Assembly (NCBI GenBank): GCA_964512325.1
Contig: CAZEGN010000001.1
Span: 89,483-153,482, forward strand
Length of the DNA: 64,000 nt
Direction: 5' to 3'
Source: an uncultured Candidatus Peribacteria bacterium
GTDB lineage: Bacteria > Patescibacteriota > Gracilibacteria > RBG-16-42-10
The position numbers and the translations under genes are program-made. The stretch's first letter is position 1, and each line of letters begins with the position of its first letter. Shown here piece by piece: positions 18,342-24,318 of this stretch. The notes below the pieces were generated by a model. The model was not told where the DNA came from and ran no database searches. It saw only the letters and a list, made by a program, of their open reading frames with translations.

Positions 18342-19505
18342 TTAAGGCCAATATATTGGATTCACTTTAACTGAGCTTTTAGTAAAGATTAGGAATTGCA
18401 CCACACCCGATTTGGCAGCAATCCTTCGGACAATCGCTTTACAGACCTCATAGAACTTATCCCTCTCTTCTTTTCCAAACTTCTCAACCTTTATACCTTC
18501 TATTAGCTCGTTGAGTTCATCGTAAAACCATTCCTGGTGTACTGCGTTATCGTCCTTCAGCACAATATTCAACAGATCCCTAGTCTTTGAGGGCCTAAAA
18601 GCAAGACGACACCCATCCACGATTAGCTCTCCCAACTCCTTTTCGTAAATCCATTTGATCTTTTTTCCGGTTACGGGAGAAACTTCAACATCCACACCCT
18701 GCATACTCGACAAATAGTGTTTAGTGTAAAGGTGAACTCTTTCTAGGCAAGTGCGGTGTTCTTCCATTTCGTTCATATCCTGCGCAGAGAAACTACTATT
18801 GATACCATTATCTCCCATCAAATGCTGTATTTTCTTGAAAGCTGAATGGGTAGCTAATACCATGAGTAGCTTTTCACTTTTAATGTACTCGGCACTCGCT
18901 ATTTCGTAATCCCTATACAACGCACAAAAACCGGTCAATTTATCCCAAGCAAACCATATCTCAAACGACTGTAAGCGTTCAATCCTACTGCTTTCAGCCT
19001 TCCACTTATTATAAGCTGGCTCAAACTGCAGATCCTCTATCTGCTTTGTATTTGTAATAGTAGCGAATTGCGTTACAAATTTATCAGCATCTCGACATGT
19101 AGATCCTAGCAATAAATGAAATGTTCTACCTAAAACAAAGAACTTGGTCTCAGTCACGGCTGCCGAAGTAAGAATTCTATTCTCTTCATGAGCATAAAAC
19201 TCTGCCAGAGGAAACTTTATTTCTTTGAGCTCAGCATTATTCTGTTTTATAAACTCCACTATTGCCTTAAATACAGATTCCATTTCCGTATTAGCAGCAT
19301 GAGCGAGTTGATTCAACAAAGCTAAACCATGCTCTTTGTGTTCGTGAATTGCCATGACAATAGGCCCAAGCACATCGTTTTCATCGTAAAGACTTATATA
19401 CTCATACATTGCTTGAAAAAAATCCGTAGGCTTGCTAGCAGCCCTTGCCCTAAGATAGATGCTTTCCAGTTTTTCTAACAATAGTTCTACTTTTCCCATA
19501 ATCAT
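18342..19505 (-). CDS. hypothetical protein, 387 aa, no recognisable domain
   Basis: Long uninterrupted ORF on the same strand as the element genes. No motif was recognised. Confidence 0.5.
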   Translation of the reverse strand: MIMGKVELLLEKLESIYLRARAASKPTDFFQAMYEYISLYDENDVLGPIVMAIHEHKEHGLALLNQLAHAANTEMESVFKAIVEFIKQNNAELKEIKFPLAEFYAHEENRILTSAAVTETKFFVLGRTFHLLLGSTCRDADKFVTQFATITNTKQIEDLQFEPAYNKWKAESSRIERLQSFEIWFAWDKLTGFCALYRDYEIASAEYIKSEKLLMVLATHSAFKKIQHLMGDNGINSSFSAQDMNEMEEHRTCLERVHLYTKHYLSSMQGVDVEVSPVTGKKIKWIYEKELGELIVDGCRLAFRPSKTRDLLNIVLKDDNAVHQEWFYDELNELIEGIKVEKFGKEERDKFYEVCKAIVRRIAAKSGVVQFLIFTKSSVKVNPIYWP

Positions 19506-19586
19506 TACATCTTCAAAGCACTCGACATTAGCATGAAAGAAAAATGAAAATGATGCAAGAATATCTACAGTTGTAGACTCTAGTGA

Positions 19587-20234
19587 TTACTTCAATAGAT
19601 TCTTGATTTTACTACATGTAACTTTACGTTCAATAAAACTTATTATTTTCAGATAAAGGACTCTAAGTTCGTCTGCAATATCAGCCATATATATATGGTA
19701 CCCATCAATTCTTAACTCATGGGCATCCGAGGACAAATTTAAGACGGGCGAATTCCCTACGTGACCTTCAAATCGTGTTTCAGCATGCTCAACAGCAGCA
19801 CGCATACTTGCTAATAATGCAATATTATTTCCTGTAATTGAAGGAAATACCGCCCGCATCTTATTTATGCGGTTTAGCGCATTTAGAAGATTTTCAAGGT
19901 GATCAATGATAGTAGCAGTATATATTGGTTGAACACCATTAATTAGAACCGATCTAAACTTAGGCTTAAACCTTCGACTAAATCGTCTATTAATTTGTGA
20001 GAATGTAAGTCTAGATTCTTTTACCTCTTCAAGAACAACCTCCCGAACCATTGTGTATTCCCACACCGCTTTATCAATAAGTCGCACTAAAATTACCAGC
20101 CCTTTCTGCTCTTTTGTGGATAATGCTTGATTGAGACCACAGAAAGACGCTGCAAAGTAGCAGCCCGTTGCTGAAGGTATATCATTTTCAATACTCGGCA
20201 TTTTACAATTTTGCATTCTCATAGTGTATTTCAA
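19587..20234 (-). CDS. hypothetical protein, 215 aa, no recognisable domain
   Basis: The ORF starts 8 nt after the tyrS stop on the same strand. No motif was recognised and the start codon is uncertain (several Mets in the first 12 codons). Confidence 0.5.
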   Translation of the reverse strand: MKYTMRMQNCKMPSIENDIPSATGCYFAASFCGLNQALSTKEQKGLVILVRLIDKAVWEYTMVREVVLEEVKESRLTFSQINRRFSRRFKPKFRSVLINGVQPIYTATIIDHLENLLNALNRINKMRAVFPSITGNNIALLASMRAAVEHAETRFEGHVGNSPVLNLSSDAHELRIDGYHIYMADIADELRVLYLKIISFIERKVTCSKIKNLLK

Positions 20235-20242
20235 AGTTTAGC

Positions 20243-21376
20243 CTAGGCTCTAGTCACAAGACATGCTTCTAATTCATCTAGCATCTTTCTCCCTTCACCT
20301 TTACTAAAGTGCTCTCTCACTGGAGCTAAAAGTTCAATCAGGTATTCAGCCACAAATTGTTTCAGATCTTTAGGATGAATCATTCCATCCTTGAACAGCT
20401 GTACTAATTCTGGAAAAGAGCTAATGTTGAGATTACCACCAAACTTTTCATCTCGTTGGATAGTAACACTTGATTCACGAGAGAAGATGAGGTGCTCAAC
20501 CCAATCTAATACGGGGTTGAATTCAGTTTCCTTTTCTGGACAGAAAGCTTTCATGACTTTTCTTTGTATTTCTTCTGGCTCGTCATGAATAAAGACTGCA
20601 CTGTCTGGTTTCGATTTACTCATCTTCATGGACGACCAAATGTCTTGCCTATCCATATCAGTAGGAATAGGCCACACACTTGGTTTTTGTAATCCGAGGA
20701 GGAGATGATGATGAACAGCTACAGGTTTTACTATATTTCCCCCTAATCGTAGGGGACTGATAGTCAGCTTGTCAGCAACATCTCGTGCAATCACCTGTGC
20801 CTTTCTCTGATCCATACCTGCATGAGCTATGTGAATTCCTTGCACAAAAATATCTGCTACCTGCATAGCTGGGTACATGAGCTTAGCAAAATCTACTTCA
20901 TCACCTTCTTTTCTTCCAAGAATTGTAATACTGCGCTTCATACGCGAAAGCGTCGTGTGTTTACCTACTTCAACTACTGTATCCCAGTATTCAGGATGTT
21001 TGCTATAGAGTTCAGAACCAAGGACAAAAGTAAGCTTATCTGGATTCCCACCAAGACATTTAAAAGCGATTTTGAGTCCTTCCTGAAAGTAGCCGATAGC
21101 AATTTTCTTGATCTTAGCTCTGTCTCCCCCTAGTTTATCATTAATCCAAGTATGCCAGTCCGCCAAAAAGACGTGACAGTTTACACCAGCATCTTGGAAG
21201 TCTTTCACTTTTTGCATACACACCAGACCTGTCCCTAGATGAATCTTTCCAGAGATCTCGAAACCAATGTAATGGTTGAGCGGCTGTGACGACTCTAGCA
21301 TTTTCTTCAGGTCTTCCTCTGTCATGATATCTTCTGTGCGCGCTTTGATACGAGCAAGTTGGTCTTTGGCAATCAT
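20243..21376 (-). CDS. tyrS: tyrosyl-tRNA synthetase, archaeal/eukaryal type (no bacterial S4-like C-terminal domain)
   Basis: A class I aaRS with HYIGFEISGKIHLGTG (HIGH region), FLADWHTWINDKLGGD, YPAMQVADIF..IAHAGMDQRKA and a literal KMSKS. The pattern is collinear with my recollection of Methanocaldococcus jannaschii TyrRS (AYIGFEPSGKIHLGHY, LLADLHAYLN, YPIMQVNDIH..GGMEQRK, KMSSSK, KFGGD, LHPMDLKNAVAE). Confidence 0.85.
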   Translation of the reverse strand: MIAKDQLARIKARTEDIMTEEDLKKMLESSQPLNHYIGFEISGKIHLGTGLVCMQKVKDFQDAGVNCHVFLADWHTWINDKLGGDRAKIKKIAIGYFQEGLKIAFKCLGGNPDKLTFVLGSELYSKHPEYWDTVVEVGKHTTLSRMKRSITILGRKEGDEVDFAKLMYPAMQVADIFVQGIHIAHAGMDQRKAQVIARDVADKLTISPLRLGGNIVKPVAVHHHLLLGLQKPSVWPIPTDMDRQDIWSSMKMSKSKPDSAVFIHDEPEEIQRKVMKAFCPEKETEFNPVLDWVEHLIFSRESSVTIQRDEKFGGNLNISSFPELVQLFKDGMIHPKDLKQFVAEYLIELLAPVREHFSKGEGRKMLDELEACLVTRA

Positions 21377-21389
21377 AGGATAAAATTAT

Positions 21390-21465
21390 TGGTCCAGCGG
21401 GTAAGATTTGAACTTACATAACCTGGTTTTACAGACCAGTGCATAAACCACTCTGCCACCGCTGG
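21390..21465 (-). tRNA. tRNA-Tyr, anticodon GUA, C1-G72, 5-nt variable loop, CCA encoded
   Basis: Hand fold of the - strand: CCAGCGG TG GCAG AGTGGTTT ATGC A CTGGT CTGTAAA ACCAG GTTAT GTAAG TTCAAAT CTTAC CCGCTGG A CCA (76 nt). Confidence 0.9.
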
Positions 21466-21470
21466 TGAAA

Positions 21471-21512
21471 CAAAAAAAGCCACCCTCAACATAAAGATTA
21501 TGCAAGGGCGGC
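21471..21512 (-). terminator. intrinsic terminator of the T-box leader
   Basis: - strand A-GCCGCCCU ... AGGGUGGC-U stem (extendable via GCAUAA/UUAUGU) followed by UUUUUUU. It ends about 6 nt before the tRNA-Tyr 5' end. Confidence 0.75.
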
Positions 21513-21784
21513 TATATAATTTCATAATTAGACCGCGGTACCACCTTACTTTAAATAAACTATTACTAGCTTATTACTTTTCATCCTCAATCAAGGACTT
21601 ACGCTGTAACGGGCGATCCCGTTGAACTCTACAAGCCGAAGCTTTCGTGTTCACCTTTCCGAAGGAGTATTTCCTACTCTCATGATACGATAGCCTCGCA
21701 ACGACCGGCTATTTCGAGTGTCACCCATGATTTTGTACTGCATCCTTCTTCACTAAGTTTAGGAAGACCGAATTTTCAAAGAGC
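21471..21784 (-). promoter_or_regulatory. T-box riboswitch leader (presumably Tyr-specific)
   Basis: AGUAAGGUGGUACCGCGGUC (21550-21531) matches the T-box consensus AANNNGGGUGGNACCGCG. The antiterminator is GUAAGG/CCUUGC + 7-nt bulge UGGUACC + GCGGU/GCCGC, and its 3' strand is the 5' arm of the terminator. UGGU is complementary to the ACCA end (A73) of the adjacent tRNA-Tyr. An AUGAGAGUA motif (21683-21675) resembles the Stem I K-turn/specifier 5' side. Confidence 0.75.
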
Positions 21785-21790
21785 ATCTGC

Positions 21791-21818
21791 ACTATAGCAT
21801 CTTTTTACAGAATGTCCA
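21791..21818 (-). promoter_or_regulatory. promoter of the T-box/tRNA-Tyr/tyrS transcript
   Basis: - strand TGGACA (21818-21813) - 16 nt - TGcTATAGT (extended -10, 21799-21791). Confidence 0.5.
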
Positions 21819-21902
21819 TTAAGACACCACTACGTCATCCATTTAAAAATGGCTATAACTAACTGATATTAGCGCAATTTCATCACATCAAAACTGCTTA
21901 GC

Positions 21903-21930
21903 TTGTCGAAAAGTCATAAGAATGTATGAT
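21903..21930 (+). promoter_or_regulatory. candidate promoter of the 22096 operon leader
   Basis: TTGTCG - 16 nt - TATGAT. The predicted start coincides with the first base of the 14-bp P1 helix at 21937. Confidence 0.4.
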
Positions 21931-21936
21931 ACTAAC

Positions 21937-22072
21937 GACGTTTCACTTCAATTTGTTTTTCTTGGTCATTTTTGTGCGCATCTGTGGTAACGCGGGGTCA
22001 ATCCCACTTGCTTACAGATGCCTTCGCAAGAAGACTGAAGTGAGACGTCCAAGATGGGGTTGGTCCCATTTT
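21937..22072 (+). ncRNA. unclassified structured 5' leader (three-way junction plus terminator-like hairpin)
   Basis: P1 21937-21950/22036-22049 (14 bp, one G-U). P2 21978-21985/22014-22021 (8 bp). P3 CUUC-GCAA-GAAG 22022-22033 (GNRA loop). Then hairpin AUGGG(G)-UUGG-(U)CCCAU + UUU at 22054-22072, 24 nt before the ATG. Confidence 0.45.
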
Positions 22073-22095
22073 GCTTAATCACTTAAGTTATTTTT

Positions 22096-23781
22096 ATGAA
22101 AACTGTTTACCTGGTACGGAAATTGATGCTACTCAGCATCGCGTTGGTATCATTAATCGGTCCTGCACAGGCAAATGCAGATACATATGTGCGTGGTTAC
22201 TATCGCAGTAATGGGACATACGTACAGCCCCACTATCGATCTAGTCCTGATAGCTCTGTGACAAACAATTATAGCTATTGTGGTAATACAAATCCTTATA
22301 CAGGCACTACTGGCACACAAGGTTGTGGAAGTGGAAGCAGTAGCTATAGTCTCCCTAGTTACACCGCACCAAGTTATGTTACTCCAACGCCTATCAGTTA
22401 CCCCTCTATACAAGTTCCATCATATACACCATACACCTATACCCCACTTGCAATTCCTACCCATACACCTTATGTATATACTCCTCCTGCAGCTCCCACA
22501 TACGAACCTCCCATTGTAGCACCGCCATCAAATAATACAGAATCACATGATACTACCAATAATACTTATGTTACAGCTCAATTAGTAGCAGACTTAGGAA
22601 ATAACCATCTACTTGTTCTTGATGGTCAGGAAGCATTCTTTGATATCACCTATCATGGATGTCTTAGTACTAACTTCAATAAGGGTGAGTCATTACATTT
22701 TAACCAAGCACAAGGTTACTTTCTTGCTGGCAATGTAACTGCTTATGATCGCTGCTCTATAGGTGAAGCCAAGAAGCTTAACCTGTTTAAGTATGCTCTT
22801 TCCGATGTCATTTTAGCTTCTAGCCAGGTTGTCCTAGAAGATGCAAACGGTCAAAAGTGGATTAGCACGTATTACGAGGGCTGTTCCAGTTTGGCTCTGT
22901 ATAAGGGGCATGACGTAGTAGTAAACGTAGACGAGAATGGCTCTGATGATCGCATAATTTTGGTACAAGAAAAAGAAACATGCCTTTTTAGCAAAGCGCA
23001 ATTGTACAATCCTGAATTGGCTACTACAGATATTCCTTTACCAACAACATCGTCAGAGTTTTTAGACGTACATGATGACACCCCCTTTGCTCCGGCTATC
23101 CGGTTTTTGCAAAACAGAGGGATTGTCGCTGGTCTTTCTGATGGGACATTCCATCCCAATAACTTTCTCACCAGAGCTGAATTACTTAAGATGGTTCTTC
23201 TGGCCAAACAAGATAACGGTATTGGTGAAAGCTACAGTAGCAGTTGCTTTTCTGACGTTGATGCGACCACTTGGTATGCAAGATTTGTATGCTATGCCAA
23301 GGAAAATCAGATTATTGGGGGGTATGATGATGGGACATTTAAGCCAGGACAACCAGTATCATACGTAGAAGCCCTGAAAATCACTCTAAATATACTTGGT
23401 CACACACCAAGTACTACAACTAATCCCTGGTATGACGCTTTTCTTACCAAGACAGACGAAGTCAAAGCTGGAGTGGCAGATACTAAGCTTAATGATCCGC
23501 TAACCCGAGGAAAAATGGCAGAGCTAATCACTAGAATTATTAAGTACGATGAAGAAGGACCAAATAGTAGCTATCTTACAGGTTACCAACCACTTAAATC
23601 TTCTGTATTACAACCCATAGTTTCTGCAGCTCCAGAAAGTGTATCGACATCTAAAGTGCCATCTAGTACTTACTACACACCTGAAAGTGCTACAGCACTC
23701 TGTAATGATGGCACATACAGTTTCAGTGCAAATCGACAAGGTAGTTGTTCACACCATGATGGGGTTGCTCAATGGTTATAA
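22096..23781 (+). CDS. secreted protein: YxRxNGTYVxPHYR motif, Tyr/Thr/Pro-rich spacer, two SLH domains, C-terminal DUF3761-like Cys motif
   Basis: Signal peptide. YVRGYYRSNGTYVQPHYRSSPD. SLH units FLDVHDDTPFAPAIRFLQNRGIVAGLSDGTFHPNNFLTRAELLKM and FSDVDATTWYARFVCYAKENQIIGGYDDGTFKP. Tail CNDGTYSFSANRQGSCSHHDGVAQWL. Confidence 0.65.
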   Translation: MKTVYLVRKLMLLSIALVSLIGPAQANADTYVRGYYRSNGTYVQPHYRSSPDSSVTNNYSYCGNTNPYTGTTGTQGCGSGSSSYSLPSYTAPSYVTPTPISYPSIQVPSYTPYTYTPLAIPTHTPYVYTPPAAPTYEPPIVAPPSNNTESHDTTNNTYVTAQLVADLGNNHLLVLDGQEAFFDITYHGCLSTNFNKGESLHFNQAQGYFLAGNVTAYDRCSIGEAKKLNLFKYALSDVILASSQVVLEDANGQKWISTYYEGCSSLALYKGHDVVVNVDENGSDDRIILVQEKETCLFSKAQLYNPELATTDIPLPTTSSEFLDVHDDTPFAPAIRFLQNRGIVAGLSDGTFHPNNFLTRAELLKMVLLAKQDNGIGESYSSSCFSDVDATTWYARFVCYAKENQIIGGYDDGTFKPGQPVSYVEALKITLNILGHTPSTTTNPWYDAFLTKTDEVKAGVADTKLNDPLTRGKMAELITRIIKYDEEGPNSSYLTGYQPLKSSVLQPIVSAAPESVSTSKVPSSTYYTPESATALCNDGTYSFSANRQGSCSHHDGVAQWL

Positions 23782-23793
23782 ACGACAGCCCTT

Positions 23794-24300
23794 ATGACCA
23801 TGCTTCAAAATCTAAAGATTATAGGCATCACTATAGTTTCTTCAATATCAGGACTGGCAGGAGTTTTGTATGGCATGAATTTGAACGCACAATTGAATGA
23901 CTTAAAAAGCAATTTCAACGCTACAGCCTCCGGGTTAAGTGCCACTCTTACAGACACCAAATCTATTACACGCGTATCAGAAGCAAATATAATCATTCAG
24001 CCAACATTCCCTGATGGCGAAGTCGAAGTGTACATTAATGACCGATTGATCAAAACTGTATTGGTGAATGCAGGTGTAATTAATACAACGATACCGCTTA
24101 TGAGTGGCGTTAACAGAATTAGCATTAACCAAAAGCTAAGTAAGTTATGGATGAGTACTGAAACTCAAGAACAAAAGGTAAAGAACATTTTGTACGCACC
24201 ATCGAGTGCTTCGGCTATTTGTAGCGACTTGAGCATTAGTTACAGCGCTAGCCGAAGAGGCACTTGTTCGCATCATGGTGGAGTTGCTGAATGGTTATAG
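23794..24300 (+). CDS. membrane-anchored protein with Ig-like module and DUF3761-like tail
   Basis: N-terminal TM. The PDGEVEVYINDRLIK module is paralogous to the next ORF. Tail CSDLSISYSASRRGTCSHHGGVAEWL. Confidence 0.55.
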   Translation: MTMLQNLKIIGITIVSSISGLAGVLYGMNLNAQLNDLKSNFNATASGLSATLTDTKSITRVSEANIIIQPTFPDGEVEVYINDRLIKTVLVNAGVINTTIPLMSGVNRISINQKLSKLWMSTETQEQKVKNILYAPSSASAICSDLSISYSASRRGTCSHHGGVAEWL

Positions 24301-24318
24301 TTTTACAAAGAACACTTT

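Larger units (their letters stand above)
15018..19586 (-). mobile_element. small integrated plasmid/phage-like element next to tRNA-Arg (right boundary uncertain)
   Basis: A compact co-directional array: SpoVG-like, Rep-like, HTH, then a large serine recombinase reading into the tRNA. The right end could be at about 18.3, 19.55 or 20.24 kb. No flanking direct repeat was found by eye. Confidence 0.5.

Noticed and set aside
20243-21376. Idea that the TyrRS has altered amino-acid specificity because the residue aligned with M. jannaschii Tyr32 is not aromatic (KIHLGTGL vs KIHLGHYL)
   Set aside because: The alignment was made by eye and needs a 1-aa gap in this segment. The Asp158-equivalent (MQVAD) is retained. 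I recall the same GTG variant in the longer Pyrococcus-type TyrRS subfamily. The anticodon GUA also gives no hint of recoding. It needs a proper alignment before any claim.
21475-21790. Structured ~300-nt non-coding region first considered as RNase P RNA, tmRNA or another housekeeping ncRNA
   Set aside because: It lacks the GAGGAAAGUCC / ACAGAA..GGCUUA RNase P signatures and any tRNA-like tmRNA end. The T-box consensus plus antiterminator/terminator switch and the tRNA-Tyr/tyrS context explain it better.
21839-21852. Palindrome CCATTT-AA-AAATGG between the divergent promoters as a possible operator
   Set aside because: It is short and AT-rich, so it is easily expected by chance in this composition, and no regulator gene lies nearby.
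15084-22100. Search for a direct repeat of the tRNA-Arg 3' segment (e.g. GGTTCGAATCCTCTCGGATAC) to define the far end of the integrated element
   Set aside because: No second copy or obvious partial copy was seen by eye. Serine integrases need only a very short core identity, so the absence is uninformative and the boundary is left open.
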